Assembly: GCA_963836185.1 (NCBI GenBank)
Contig: CAWIIQ010000001.1
Coordinates: 32,001 to 96,000, forward strand
Source: Candidatus Krumholzibacteriia bacterium
GTDB taxonomy: Bacteria > Krumholzibacteriota > Krumholzibacteriia > Krumholzibacteriales > Krumholzibacteriaceae
Direction of reading: 5' to 3'
Length of the DNA: 64,000 bases
The position numbers were made by a program, and so were the translations under genes. Below are positions 23,384-34,039 of the stretch, piece by piece. The first letter of the stretch is position 1. Every line of letters starts with the position of its first letter. Below the pieces are notes generated by a model that was given only the letters and a program-made list of their open reading frames with translations, was not told the DNA's origin and did no database searches.

Positions 23384-24602
23384 GGGGGATGGTGGCCTCG
23401 AAGGCAGAAAGATCCTTCTAGTCGTCACCGGGGGAATTTCCGCTTACAAGTCCGCTTTTCTCGTCCGGTTGCTCGTGCGGGCAGGTGCGGTCGTCAGGGT
23501 GCTGATGACGGACGCGGCCACCAGGTTCGTTACTCCGCTTACATTCGAGGTCCTTTCAGGGAATCCCGTCCCGATGGAGATGTTCGCCTCGCGCACGGAC
23601 GCGCCGGTAGAGCATGTCGACCTCGCAGTATGGGCCGACGCAGTCGTCATCGCGCCGGCTACAGCTGATTTCATCGGAAAGGTCGCCGGCGGGATCGCCG
23701 ACGATCTCCCCTCTACGGTCGTCTGCGCCGCCAGGTGCCCCGTCTGGCTCGCCCCGGCGATGAATGACGGTATGTGGGACAACCCCGCCGTCAGGCGCAA
23801 CATCGGCCTCCTCGCCGGTGACGGCAGGCATATCATAGAGCCTGGCGAGGGAGACCTTGCCTGCGGCACAAGTGGCGCAGGCAGGATGGCCGAGCCCTGC
23901 GAGATCGTGTCGAGGCTTCGATCGTCCTTCGGCCCGGGGCCGCTCGAGGGAGTCCGCGTGCTCGTCACGGCGGGACGGACTGAAGAGGATATCGACCCGG
24001 TAAGATATATATCGAACCGCTCGAGCGGGAAGATGGGATTCGCGCTCGCCCGCCGAGCGACTGAGCTCGGCGCGAAAGTGACGCTTATTCACGGGCCGGT
24101 GGATGTCGCCCCTCCCGCGGTGAGCAGTGTGACCCGCGTCGGCAGTTCGGCGGAGATGAAGAAAGCGGTAACGAAGGCTTTCCCGGGATGCGATATGCTT
24201 ATCATGGCCGCCGCGGTCGCCGACTATACACCGGCGGGGAAAGCGGGCCGGAAGATCAGGAGGGAAAAGTCCGCGATGTCGCTCGACCTCGAGCCGACAG
24301 CCGACATCCTCGCGGGCCTCGCCGGAAAGAAGAAGACCGGACAGGTCGTCGTCGGGTTCGCGCTCGAGAGCGAAGACGGAGAGGCCTCGGCTCGCAGGAA
24401 GGGGAAGTCGAAGGGTTGCGACTACGTCGTCCTCAATATGATCGGCCGCACAACGGGCTTCGATACCGACACGAACAATGTTACTATATTCAAAGGCGCG
24501 AAAAAGATCGCCGGGACGGACCTCGTGACCAAGTATGAGGCTGCGTCGGCGATTCTCGATATACTGGCTGAAGACGGGCGTGTGAAGAAAGCGGCCGGAT
24601 GA
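23358..24602 (+). CDS. coaBC: Bifunctional phosphopantothenoylcysteine decarboxylase/ligase CoaBC
   Basis: VTGGISAYK, APATAD, PAMN, LACG..GAGRM, IDPVRYISNRSSGKMG, AAAVADY, VGFALE. Confidence 0.96.
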   Translation: MSSRRSRSKGDGGLEGRKILLVVTGGISAYKSAFLVRLLVRAGAVVRVLMTDAATRFVTPLTFEVLSGNPVPMEMFASRTDAPVEHVDLAVWADAVVIAPATADFIGKVAGGIADDLPSTVVCAARCPVWLAPAMNDGMWDNPAVRRNIGLLAGDGRHIIEPGEGDLACGTSGAGRMAEPCEIVSRLRSSFGPGPLEGVRVLVTAGRTEEDIDPVRYISNRSSGKMGFALARRATELGAKVTLIHGPVDVAPPAVSSVTRVGSSAEMKKAVTKAFPGCDMLIMAAAVADYTPAGKAGRKIRREKSAMSLDLEPTADILAGLAGKKKTGQVVVGFALESEDGEASARRKGKSKGCDYVVLNMIGRTTGFDTDTNNVTIFKGAKKIAGTDLVTKYEAASAILDILAEDGRVKKAAG

Positions 24603-25321
24603 AAGACGCGATCAGGCACCTGAAGCGGCGCGGTTCGCTCTCGGGGGGCGTTATATATGCCGTTCGCGGGGACGAGCCCGTGCAAGTACCGGCGAACGAA
24701 CCTGTGAAGGAAGAGATCATCGTGAAGACCTCACCTGCGAAGCCGGGAGCTCTCGATACCGGCCTCGATGAGCTCGAGAAGATGGTCGCCGGCTGCACGA
24801 AGTGCGCGCTGCACGAGACGCGGACCAGGACCGTTTTTGGCTCAGGCAGCCCGACGGCGGATCTCGTCTTCATCGGGGAGGCCCCTGGAAGGGACGAGGA
24901 CCTGCAGGGAGTGCCGTTCGTCGGAAGGGCGGGCAAGCTCCTGGACAAGATGATCGCGGCGATCGGGTTCACTCGCGAAGATGTATTCATTGCGAATATC
25001 CTCAAGTGCAGGCCGCCGAACAACAGGGACCCGAAAGAAGACGAAGTCGCAGCCTGCGGGAATTATCTTGCCAGGCAGATAGAATTGCTCGACCCGGTTA
25101 TCATCTGCGCCCTAGGAAGGGTCGCCGGGCAGAACCTGCTGGGGAAGAACGAGCCTCTGCGGGTCCTGAGAGAGGGCGAGCATCATTACAACGGGATACG
25201 CGTTATTGTGACATACCACCCCGCGGCCCTGCTGAGGAACCCGAACTGGAAGAAGGGCGCGTGGGAGGATCTGCAGCTGCTCAAGAAGCTGCATGACGAG
25301 TACACGGGAAGCGGAGGGTGA
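24599..25321 (+). CDS. Uracil-DNA glycosylase family 4 (Fe-S)
   Basis: CTKCAL, IGEAPG..ED..G.PFVGRAG, KCRPPNNRDP, TYHPAALLR. Confidence 0.93.
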   Translation: MKDAIRHLKRRGSLSGGVIYAVRGDEPVQVPANEPVKEEIIVKTSPAKPGALDTGLDELEKMVAGCTKCALHETRTRTVFGSGSPTADLVFIGEAPGRDEDLQGVPFVGRAGKLLDKMIAAIGFTREDVFIANILKCRPPNNRDPKEDEVAACGNYLARQIELLDPVIICALGRVAGQNLLGKNEPLRVLREGEHHYNGIRVIVTYHPAALLRNPNWKKGAWEDLQLLKKLHDEYTGSGG

Positions 25322-25325
25322 TAGA

Positions 25326-26714
25326 ATGGCTCGGGACATGAATCAGACAATGGGCGCAGGCCTCCTTGAGAAGATGCCCCCTCAGGCGACTGAGGCGGAA
25401 AGGGCGGTGCTCGGCGGGATACTGCTCGAGCCGGAAGCGGCGACCCGCGCGATCGAGGTAGTCCTGCCGGAGGCCTTCTACCACCCGGCGCACGCTAGGA
25501 TATACAGGGCGATGATCGCCCTCTTCTCGAAGCATGAGCCGATCGATGTCATGACCCTCTCCGAGGAGATGCGCAAGTCCGGCGACCTCGAGTCGGCCGG
25601 CGGCATCGCCTTTCTCACCGAACTGGTCGACAGCGTGCCGAGCGCCGCGAACATCGAGCATTACGCGAAGATCGTCCTCGACAAGCATATCCTCAGGCAG
25701 CTGATCAGCGCGTCATCTGATATATCACGCGAGTGCTACAGGGCGGAGACTGACGCCGGCTCGATCCTCGACGAGGCCGAGCAGAAGATCTTTCGCGTCT
25801 CGGAATCGAGGGTCAGCCAGGGGTTCGCCCATATCAAGGATATCCTCAAGGAGAGGTTCGAGGAGATACAGCGCGTGCATGAGTCGCGCGAGAGTGTCAC
25901 GGGCCTCGGGACAGGATTCATAGACCTCGACAAGTACACCGCCGGTTTTCATCCGGGCGACATGGTGATCATCGCCGGGCGCCCCTCGATGGGAAAGACG
26001 AGTTTCGCTCTCAATATCGCACAGCATGTAGGCCTCGACGCGAAGAGGCCCGTGGCGATCTTCTCTCTCGAGATGTCCAAGGAACTTCTGGTCCAGAGGC
26101 TCCTGTGCTCGGAGGCGCAGGTCGATGCGCAGAAGGTCCGAAGGGGATTCACGTCGGCCAAGGACATAGAGCGGCTCACCAACGCCGCAGGCCTGCTCTC
26201 GGAGGCGCCGATATTCATCGACGATACGCCCGCCATCACTACGCTCGACATCAGGGCGAGGGCAAGGCGGCTGAAGGTCGAGAGGGACATCTCGATGATA
26301 GTAGTAGATTACCTGCAGCTCGCCCGAACTAGCGAGAGGATAGAGAACAGGCAGCAGGAGATCTCATCGATCTCGAGATCGATGAAGGCGCTCGCGAAGG
26401 AGCTCGGCGTGCCGGTCGTCGCGCTGTCCCAGCTCTCCAGAGCGGTCGAGGCCCGCGGCGGGGACAAGAGGCCGATGCTCTCCGACCTCAGAGAATCGGG
26501 AGCGATCGAGCAGGATGCCGACCTTGTCCTCTTCCTCTACAGGCCCGAGTTCTACGATCCGGGCGATCCGGAAAAGGAAGGCAAGGCCGAGCTGATCATC
26601 GGAAAGCAGAGGAACGGTCCTACCGGAACCGTCAACCTGATGTTCGAGAAACAGTACACGAGATTCCTCTCACTCGATACGTCCCACGTGCCCGAACAGG
26701 ACGGGGTATTCTGA
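25326..26714 (+). CDS. dnaB: Replicative DNA helicase DnaB
   Basis: AERAVLGGIL, AGRPSMGKT, FSLEMS, VDYLQL, LSQLSR, SDLRESGAIEQDAD, KQRNGPTG. Confidence 0.98.
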   Translation: MARDMNQTMGAGLLEKMPPQATEAERAVLGGILLEPEAATRAIEVVLPEAFYHPAHARIYRAMIALFSKHEPIDVMTLSEEMRKSGDLESAGGIAFLTELVDSVPSAANIEHYAKIVLDKHILRQLISASSDISRECYRAETDAGSILDEAEQKIFRVSESRVSQGFAHIKDILKERFEEIQRVHESRESVTGLGTGFIDLDKYTAGFHPGDMVIIAGRPSMGKTSFALNIAQHVGLDAKRPVAIFSLEMSKELLVQRLLCSEAQVDAQKVRRGFTSAKDIERLTNAAGLLSEAPIFIDDTPAITTLDIRARARRLKVERDISMIVVDYLQLARTSERIENRQQEISSISRSMKALAKELGVPVVALSQLSRAVEARGGDKRPMLSDLRESGAIEQDADLVLFLYRPEFYDPGDPEKEGKAELIIGKQRNGPTGTVNLMFEKQYTRFLSLDTSHVPEQDGVF

Positions 26715-26727
26715 CCGGAGGCGCCTT

Positions 26728-27516
26728 TTGGGGATCTTTGCGATACTGGGAAGGTTCTTCCTTGGATTCATAGAGGAGGTAGGCGGTATCTGCCTCCTTC
26801 TCTGGCGCGTGGCCCGTATTTCCCCCCGGATCTTCAGAAACATAGGCAACACCCTCATCCAGATGGAGAAGATCGGCATCGGCTCGATCCCGCTCGTAAT
26901 CGTCACCTCGATTTTCGTCGGGGCGGTTGCGTCGGTCCAGGCGGCCTACCAGTTCCAGGGTTATGTTCCGCTGAGGTTCCTCGGCGCGGTCGTCGGCAAG
27001 TCGGTGACCCTCGAGGTCGGCCCGGTGCTCACCGCGCTCGTTGTTGGCGGTCGCGTGAGCGCTGCGATCGCGGCGGAAGTAGGGACGATGAAGGTGACCG
27101 AGCAGATCGACGCGATGGAGATGATCGCGATCGACCCGGTCGAGTACCTTGTGCTCCCGAGGCTTGTCGCCGCGACACTGATGCTCCCAGTGCTGACCGT
27201 CTTCGCCGATTTTCTCGCGATCCTCGGAGGGATGGTGGTAGCCAATCTCGCCGTCGGCGTAAGCTTCAATGCCTTTGAGGAAGGGTTGACGATGTTCTTC
27301 AAGTACCAGGACGTAGTCGGCGGCCTTCTCAAGACTTTTACATTCGGATTCATAATAGCGCTCATGGGGTGCTACAACGGATTCAGGACGCAGGGCGGGG
27401 CCGAAGGAGTCGGCATATCCACGATGAAAGCGGTAGTCTCGTCGTGCCTTCTCATACTTGTCGCGAATTACCTTCTCGCGTTCCTGATATTCAACGTGTT
27501 GTTCGGAGCGGATTAA
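26728..27516 (+). CDS. mlaE: MlaE-family ABC permease
   Basis: LEVGPVLTALVVGGRVSAAIAAEVGTMKVTEQIDAM, GGAEGVG. Confidence 0.92.
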   Translation: MGIFAILGRFFLGFIEEVGGICLLLWRVARISPRIFRNIGNTLIQMEKIGIGSIPLVIVTSIFVGAVASVQAAYQFQGYVPLRFLGAVVGKSVTLEVGPVLTALVVGGRVSAAIAAEVGTMKVTEQIDAMEMIAIDPVEYLVLPRLVAATLMLPVLTVFADFLAILGGMVVANLAVGVSFNAFEEGLTMFFKYQDVVGGLLKTFTFGFIIALMGCYNGFRTQGGAEGVGISTMKAVVSSCLLILVANYLLAFLIFNVLFGAD

Positions 27517-27520
27517 CGGG

Positions 27521-28309
27521 ATGCGGAACGGAGCGGTTTTGAACGAGCCATGCGAAGGGCCGATCATCAGAATCAGGGACATCCACAAGCAATTCGGCAT
27601 GCTGGATGTACTCACCGGTGTCGACCTCGATATCACCTCGTGCGAGTCGCTCGTGATCCTCGGGCGCAGCGGATGCGGGAAGAGCGTTCTTCTGAAGCAT
27701 ATCACAGGGCTGATAAGCCCCGACCAAGGATCGATCATGTTCGAAGGCGAGGACATCACGAAGTTCAACAGGCAAAAGCTTTTTGAGATGAGAAAACACT
27801 TTGGTATGCTTTTTCAGGGCGCGGCACTCTTTGATTCGATGACGGTCGGCGAGAATGTAGGGCTGCCACTGGCGAAGCACGGGCACAAGTCGGACGAGGA
27901 GATCAGGGAGGTCGTGCTCGAGAAGCTCAAGCTCATCGGCCTGACCGACGTGATCGAAAGCTATCCTTCTCAGCTCAGCGGCGGGATGAAGAAAAGGGTC
28001 GGCCTGGCGAGAGCGATAGTGATGGACCCGCAGGTCGTGCTGTACGACGAGCCGACTACCGGCCTGGACCCGATCATGGCCGATGTCATAAACAGCCTGA
28101 TAAGGGATCTTCAGCACGAGCTGAAGATAACATCGGTAGTCGTGACACATGACATCAACAGCGCCTACAGGGTCGCCGACAGGATGACGATGCTTCACGA
28201 GGGGAAGATCATATATTCAGGGACACCGGAAGAGACGAAAGAGACGGACAACGCTATCGTAAGGCAGTTCATCGAGGGGCGCGCGGAGGGCCCCGTCAGG
28301 GCCGTATAG
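27521..28309 (+). CDS. mlaF: MlaF/Mkl-family ABC ATPase
   Basis: GRSGCGKS, FQGAALFDS, LSGGMKKRVGLARA, YDEPTTGLDP, VTHD. Confidence 0.92.
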   Translation: MRNGAVLNEPCEGPIIRIRDIHKQFGMLDVLTGVDLDITSCESLVILGRSGCGKSVLLKHITGLISPDQGSIMFEGEDITKFNRQKLFEMRKHFGMLFQGAALFDSMTVGENVGLPLAKHGHKSDEEIREVVLEKLKLIGLTDVIESYPSQLSGGMKKRVGLARAIVMDPQVVLYDEPTTGLDPIMADVINSLIRDLQHELKITSVVVTHDINSAYRVADRMTMLHEGKIIYSGTPEETKETDNAIVRQFIEGRAEGPVRAV

Positions 28310-28331
28310 AAACGGATATCAGGAGAGGCAG

Positions 28332-29225
28332 ATGAAATACAAATCACTCGAGCTGAAAGTCGGATTCACGGTCTTTATCGCCATACTGGCATTCTCCTTC
28401 GGGATGATGTGGCTCGAGGGATTCAAGCTGCGCGGCGAAAGGTACGAGGTGCACGCCGTCTTCCCGATGGTGGGAGGTGTCAACTCCGGCGATGCAGTCA
28501 ACGTGAACGGCGTCGAGAGGGGAGAGGTTACGAAGGTCAGCCTTCGCGATCGCGACGTGATCGTGACGATGTCTATCGATATCGAGACGAAGATACCCGA
28601 GGATTCGAAGGTCGTGCTGCAGACGCAGGGGATAATGGGCGAGCGCATCGTCACGATCATCGTCGGCCGGTCCGAGGTGATCATGGAGCCGGGCTCGATG
28701 ATCGAAGGCGTATACGACCCGGGGATCTCTGAAGCACTGTCATCGATGGGAAAGGTGATGGAGGACCTGCACTGGCTGACATCTGATATCAGGGAGATCG
28801 CCCAGGTACTCAGGGGAGAGGAGATCGCCGAGACTCTGAGAAATCTCGCCGACGCCAGCGAAGAGATGACAGTCCTGATCCGGGACCTCTCGCCCGATCT
28901 CAAGATGGGGGCGGCCGCTTTCAGTTCGTCGGCCGTCAGGGCGGACTCGATGATGGCCCGCAACGAGTCGAAGTTCGACAGCATCATCGTCAATCTTGAC
29001 GAGGCGACGAAGAAGATGCCGGCTCTCGCGGAGAGCCTCGAAGAGTTGACCGTCGCACTGAAGGATGTGACCGACAGGCTCAGGAGCACCGACAACACGA
29101 TGGGGACGCTGCTCAACGACAAGGAACTGCTGATCAAGCTCGAAGCTGCCATCACGGGCCTCGACGAGCTTGTCACCGATATTAAGGCAAATCCAAAGAA
29201 GTATCTCAAGGTCGAGGTATTCTAG
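28332..29225 (+). CDS. mlaD: MCE/MlaD-family substrate-binding protein with helical extension
   Basis: ELKVG N-terminal TM, MCE domain (GDAVNVNGVERGEV), C-terminal GTLLND...DIKANPKKY. Confidence 0.88.
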   Translation: MKYKSLELKVGFTVFIAILAFSFGMMWLEGFKLRGERYEVHAVFPMVGGVNSGDAVNVNGVERGEVTKVSLRDRDVIVTMSIDIETKIPEDSKVVLQTQGIMGERIVTIIVGRSEVIMEPGSMIEGVYDPGISEALSSMGKVMEDLHWLTSDIREIAQVLRGEEIAETLRNLADASEEMTVLIRDLSPDLKMGAAAFSSSAVRADSMMARNESKFDSIIVNLDEATKKMPALAESLEELTVALKDVTDRLRSTDNTMGTLLNDKELLIKLEAAITGLDELVTDIKANPKKYLKVEVF

Positions 29226-29241
29226 AAGGAGACAACCGAGG

Positions 29242-29958
29242 ATGACTGAGGAGAAGATAGTATGCCTCGTCGCGGCGGCGGGGAAAGGTAAAAGGTTCGG
29301 GCGGGAGACGCCCAAGACATTTCACGCGGTCGAGGGGCTGACCCTCCTCGTCAGGTCGCTCAAGAGCCTCGGCGCATGGGACGGGATATCGCGTTTCGTC
29401 GTGATGGTGCCGGAAGGATGGGAGAAGCAGGCGGAGGATGACCTCGCCGAAAACTTCGACGGCATCGAAGCGAAAGTGGTGGCCGGCGGTGAGACGAGAC
29501 AGGAGTCGGTCGCGATCGGGCTGGAGGCCGCCGGCGACGCGGATATCGTCCTCGTGCACGACGCGGCGAGGCCGTTCGTCTCTCCGGCGCTGATAGAGCG
29601 GGTGGTCGAGGGCGTGCGTGAGACGGGAGCTGCGGTGCCGGCCCTGCACATGACCGACACACTCGGGAGGCTGAGGGGGGAGGAACTCGACGCGATAGTC
29701 CCCAGGGACAAGGTAGTCGGGATACAGACCCCGCAGGGCTTCCGGACCGGAGTCCTCAGGAAAGCCTTCGAGGCCGCGGAAGGGTCGGAGCAGAAGATGA
29801 CCGATGAGAGTTCCCTCGTGCTGGCCGCCGGGATGCCGGTAAAGGTGGTCGACGGCGAGAGGTGGAACGTCAAGGTGACGGTCAAGGACGATATCGATAT
29901 AGTGATGAGTTTTCTTTCCGGAACGACGCTCGATCTCGAGTGCCTCGATGAAGGCTGA
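29242..29958 (+). CDS. ispD: 2-C-methyl-D-erythritol 4-phosphate cytidylyltransferase
   Basis: AAAGKGKRFG, GGETRQESV, VLVHDAARPF, QTPQGF, NVKVT. Confidence 0.95.
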   Translation: MTEEKIVCLVAAAGKGKRFGRETPKTFHAVEGLTLLVRSLKSLGAWDGISRFVVMVPEGWEKQAEDDLAENFDGIEAKVVAGGETRQESVAIGLEAAGDADIVLVHDAARPFVSPALIERVVEGVRETGAAVPALHMTDTLGRLRGEELDAIVPRDKVVGIQTPQGFRTGVLRKAFEAAEGSEQKMTDESSLVLAAGMPVKVVDGERWNVKVTVKDDIDIVMSFLSGTTLDLECLDEG

Positions 29959-29969
29959 CAGGCGGCAGG

Positions 29970-30446
29970 ATGATGAGAGTCGGAATAGGGTATGACATAC
30001 ATCCGCTGGTCGAGGGAAGGCCGCTCGTGCTCGGCGGGGTACGCCTGGAGCACGGCATGGGCCTCAGCGGCCACTCCGATGCCGACGCGCTCGTGCACGC
30101 TCTGTGCGACGCTATCCTCGGCGCGATGGGCGAGGGCGATCTGGGACGGCATTTCCCGGAGACAGAGGAATTCAGGGATATCGACAGCCTCAGGCTCCTC
30201 GAAAGGGTGGCGGCGATGATGGCGGATAAGGGATACAGGCTCGTAAACGCCGATTGCATCGTCCACGCCGAGCAGCCGGCGATATCTCCTCATTCATCCT
30301 CGATGGCCGGGGCGATGGCCGGGGCGGTGGGAACGGACCCGGGCAGGATCTCGGTGAAGGCGACCAGAGGAGAGGGCCTCGGCCCGGTCGGGGAGAAGCG
30401 CGCCATCGCGGCGAGGGCTGTCGTCCTGATCGAAAAGACTGAATGA
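29970..30446 (+). CDS. ispF: 2-C-methyl-D-erythritol 2,4-cyclodiphosphate synthase
   Basis: RVGIGYDIH, GHSDAD, GDLGRHFP, SVKAT. Confidence 0.96.
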   Translation: MMRVGIGYDIHPLVEGRPLVLGGVRLEHGMGLSGHSDADALVHALCDAILGAMGEGDLGRHFPETEEFRDIDSLRLLERVAAMMADKGYRLVNADCIVHAEQPAISPHSSSMAGAMAGAVGTDPGRISVKATRGEGLGPVGEKRAIAARAVVLIEKTE

Positions 30447-30462
30447 TGAAAGGTATTGAGAT

Positions 30463-31911
30463 TTGTCTGATATCAGAGTGAGATTTGCTCCGAGCCCTAC
30501 AGGTCTCCTGCATATAGGCGGAGCGCGGACGGCCCTTTTCAACTGGCTCTTCGCCAGGCACGAGTCGGGGAGTTTCGTGCTGCGGATAGAGGATACCGAT
30601 CTCGAGAGATCCAGCGAGCAGCTCGAACAGGGGTTGCTCGAGGATATCCGCTGGCTCGGGCTCGACTGGGACGAGGGCCCGGGGAAAGACGGAGGGCACG
30701 GCCCTTACCGTCAGTCGGAGCGGACCGGGATCTACAGGGAATATGCGGATAAGCTCGTAGAGAGCGGCCATGCCTATCCATGCTTCTGCACCGATGAGGA
30801 GCTGACGGAGAAGCGCGAGGCCGCGAAGGCGGGCGGGCTCCCTCCGAGGTACGACGGCACGTGCAGGAACTTCGGCGAAGACGAGAAGCGCGGGAAGAGA
30901 GATGCCGGCCTCCCCGAAAGCATCAGGTTCCTCGTCACGGGCGACGAGGTAAGAACAGTCGAGGACATGGCGCGCGGAACGGTCGAGTTCCCTCCGGACA
31001 TGGTCGGCGACTTCGTGATAATGCGCTCGAACGGGATGCCGACATACAACTTTGCCGTAGCGATAGATGACGGCCTAATGGAGATCACGCACGTCGTCAG
31101 GGGAGCGGAGCACCTGTCCAACACGGTCAGGCAGCTCCTCGTCTACGAGGCCCTCGATATGCCGGTCCCGAGGTTCGCGCACATCCCGCTGATCCTGGGA
31201 AGCGACAGGTCGAAGCTGAGCAAGAGACACGGCGCCCCGAACATAGATGACTACAGGAAGAAAGGCTACCCGGCCGAAGCGCTGATCAATTACCTCGCTT
31301 TTCTCGGATGGTCGACGAAGGGTGAGGATGAGATAATGTCGGTCGACGACCTGGTCGCTGAGTTCGAACTGTCGCGCGTATCGGACAGCCCGAGTATATT
31401 CGACGAGGACAAGCTGAACTGGGTCAGCGCCAACCATATCCGCCGGGGCGGCTCAGAGCGCTACCTCGAGCAGGCGATGTCCTTTTTCCCCGAAGAGCTT
31501 ACCGGAAGATACAGCGGCGAAGAGCTCTCGAAGATATTCGACATGGCCGCAGAGAATCTGCCATGCTTCGAGAGGCTTCCCGGTGAGACGGCGTCGTTTA
31601 TGCCGGGCCCTCCCGGATACGACGATGAGGCGCTCGGGACGCTCGCCGGATCAGAGGCAGTGCTCTCCGCGCTGAAGGAGAAGTTCGCTTCTCTTCCCGA
31701 CTGGAGTTACGATCCGCTCAAGGCGGCTATCAAGGAGACCGGCAAGGAGGCTGGAGTCAAGGGCAAGGGACTGTTCATGCCCCTGAGGGTCGCTGTTACC
31801 GGGCTGACCCACGGCCCCGATCTCACTTCGATACTCGTCCTGCGAGGCAGAGAGGATGTGGCTGGATCTATCGGCGCCGCAATCGGGAAAATTTCGAGGC
31901 AGGGGGGATGA
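30463..31911 (+). CDS. gltX: Glutamate--tRNA ligase
   Basis: RFAPSPTG.LHIGG, LRIEDTD, KLSKR, PLRVAVTG. Confidence 0.97.
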   Translation: MSDIRVRFAPSPTGLLHIGGARTALFNWLFARHESGSFVLRIEDTDLERSSEQLEQGLLEDIRWLGLDWDEGPGKDGGHGPYRQSERTGIYREYADKLVESGHAYPCFCTDEELTEKREAAKAGGLPPRYDGTCRNFGEDEKRGKRDAGLPESIRFLVTGDEVRTVEDMARGTVEFPPDMVGDFVIMRSNGMPTYNFAVAIDDGLMEITHVVRGAEHLSNTVRQLLVYEALDMPVPRFAHIPLILGSDRSKLSKRHGAPNIDDYRKKGYPAEALINYLAFLGWSTKGEDEIMSVDDLVAEFELSRVSDSPSIFDEDKLNWVSANHIRRGGSERYLEQAMSFFPEELTGRYSGEELSKIFDMAAENLPCFERLPGETASFMPGPPGYDDEALGTLAGSEAVLSALKEKFASLPDWSYDPLKAAIKETGKEAGVKGKGLFMPLRVAVTGLTHGPDLTSILVLRGREDVAGSIGAAIGKISRQGG

Positions 31912-32939
31912 TGAGTAAAAAGAAGAAGATGAATATAGCGGTCCTGATGGGAGGGCTTTCCGAGGAGAGAGAAGTATCCCTGGTCAGCGGGCAGGGAGTG
32001 CTCGAGGCGCTGCGCAGGCGCGGGCACGAGGTGTGCCCCGTCGATCCGGCGCTCCCGGCTGAGCAGCAGTCCGATTCATGTCTCGCCGTTATCGGCGACA
32101 CGCCTCCCGAAGCGATCCCCGCCCTGCCGGCCGACAAGGTCTTCGAGTGGCTGAAGCTCCCGCGGATCCTCGAGGCGGAACTCGTTTTCATCGGGCTGCA
32201 CGGCGGAGCGGGTGAAGACGGCACGGTCCAGGCCCTTCTCGATACGGCAGGCAAGGCCTACACCGGCACCGGTGTGCTCGGCAGCGCGCTCGCTATGAAC
32301 AAGGACAGGTCCAAGGCCCTCTTCAACGAGGCTGGGGTGCAGACGGCGCCGCACCTGCTGACGAGTATCAGCGGCGACGTAGAACTGCACAGGGTCATAG
32401 ATACGATCGAAACGGGGATCGGGTTTCCCGTTGTGATAAAACCTAACAACCAGGGCTCGAGCGTCGGGTTCTCCTTCGTCGAAAAGGCCGGGGACCTGCC
32501 CGCCGCCCTCAAGGAGGCTGCCAGGTACGGCGAACTGCTCGTGGAGAGGTACGTAGCGGGCAGGGAAGTGACCGCGGCGGTACTCGATGGAGAGGCCCTG
32601 CCGATCGTAGAGATCATCCCGGAGGGCGGGTTTTACGACTACACGAGAAAGTATACGAAGGGAACGAGCAGGTACGAGGTTCCCGCGAAGATCGATAAAA
32701 GAACAGAGGACAGGATCAAGCGCGAGGCGCTTCTCGCGTGGAACGCGCTTGACTGCAGGGATTACGCGAGGGTCGATTTCCGGCTGAGCGATGAGGGCGA
32801 GCCTTACTGTCTCGAGGTAAACACCCTGCCGGGCATGACCGAGCTGAGCCTCGTTCCCATGGCGGCCGCCGAGGCCGGCCTGCCCTTCGATGAACTTGTC
32901 GAGAGAATATGCCAGATGGCCCGCGAGAGGGGCAGATAG
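31908..32939 (+). CDS. ddl: D-alanine--D-alanine ligase
   Basis: GGLSEEREVSL, LHGGAGEDG, GSSVG, FYDYTRKY, EVNTLPGMT. Confidence 0.95.
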   Translation: MMSKKKKMNIAVLMGGLSEEREVSLVSGQGVLEALRRRGHEVCPVDPALPAEQQSDSCLAVIGDTPPEAIPALPADKVFEWLKLPRILEAELVFIGLHGGAGEDGTVQALLDTAGKAYTGTGVLGSALAMNKDRSKALFNEAGVQTAPHLLTSISGDVELHRVIDTIETGIGFPVVIKPNNQGSSVGFSFVEKAGDLPAALKEAARYGELLVERYVAGREVTAAVLDGEALPIVEIIPEGGFYDYTRKYTKGTSRYEVPAKIDKRTEDRIKREALLAWNALDCRDYARVDFRLSDEGEPYCLEVNTLPGMTELSLVPMAAAEAGLPFDELVERICQMARERGR

Positions 32940-32949
32940 CGAGGGAGAT

Positions 32950-34011
32950 ATGGACCGTACAGAACAGTTGCTGAAAGAATTCACTGACGCCGCCGGGGTA
33001 TCCGGAGCGGAGAGTGAAGTCTTCGCCCTGATGAAGAAACATCTCGGGAAGATCACCGAGATCAGCGGCGACCGCCTCGGATCGTTCATCGGGAAGCTCT
33101 CGAAGGGGAAGGATGCGCCGCGCGTAATGCTGACCGCGCACATGGACGAGATCGGGCTGATGGTCTCTCACTTTTCCGGGAATTTCATCAGGTTCAATCC
33201 GCTTGGTGGCTGGTGGTCCCCGAAGCTTGTCGGCCTGCCGGTGAGGATCATCACGAGAAAGGGCGACATCCACGGTGTCGTCGCGACAAGATCCCCCTTC
33301 CTCATGGAGAAGGACGAGAGGGACAAGCCGGTAAAACCGAAGGACATGTTCATCGACGTCGGCCTTGTCGGAAAGAAGAAGCCGGAGAGCCTTGGGATCA
33401 GGCCGGGGGACCCGGTGGTCCCCGTCTTTCCCTTCACCACGCTGCACGGCGGAAAAGCATACATGGCCAAGGCATGGGATGACCGCCTCGGCTGCGCGGC
33501 GATCTGCGAGGTCATGCACAAGCTCTCGAAGCTGCCCCTGCCGAACAGCGTATACGCGGTCGGCACCGTGCAGGAGGAGGTCGGGATAAGGGGCGCGGTG
33601 ACGAGCGGGCACGAAGTGTCGCCCGACGTCTGCTTTGCTATCGACGTCAATATCGCGAGGGACCTTCCCGGCTCGTCTGATGAAGAGCCCGAGAAGCTCG
33701 GCGGTGGTGTCTCGATCTGCGTATATGACGCTACGCTCATCCCCAACACGAAACTGAGGGATCTTGTCGCCGATGTGGCCGATAAAAAGAAGATCCCCTA
33801 CCATTTCAGCGCTATCCCCTTCGGCGGAACGGACGGGGGACGGATACATCTGAACGAATCAGGGGTTCCCACCCTTGTCATAGGGATCCCCACACGCTAT
33901 ATACACAGTGCCGCCGGGATCGTATACCGGAAGGATTATGACAACGCAGTCAAACTCCTCGTCGAGGTGACGAGGGTCCTGGACGCGAAGACAGTAGCCG
34001 GCCTCTCCTGA
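32950..34011 (+). CDS. M42-family metallo-aminopeptidase
   Basis: AHMDEIG, KAWDDRLG, VQEEVG, GGTDGG, PTRYIHS. Confidence 0.93.
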   Translation: MDRTEQLLKEFTDAAGVSGAESEVFALMKKHLGKITEISGDRLGSFIGKLSKGKDAPRVMLTAHMDEIGLMVSHFSGNFIRFNPLGGWWSPKLVGLPVRIITRKGDIHGVVATRSPFLMEKDERDKPVKPKDMFIDVGLVGKKKPESLGIRPGDPVVPVFPFTTLHGGKAYMAKAWDDRLGCAAICEVMHKLSKLPLPNSVYAVGTVQEEVGIRGAVTSGHEVSPDVCFAIDVNIARDLPGSSDEEPEKLGGGVSICVYDATLIPNTKLRDLVADVADKKKIPYHFSAIPFGGTDGGRIHLNESGVPTLVIGIPTRYIHSAAGIVYRKDYDNAVKLLVEVTRVLDAKTVAGLS

Positions 34012-34039
34012 GAGGGCGGCGGGAGGAAGGAACGGATCG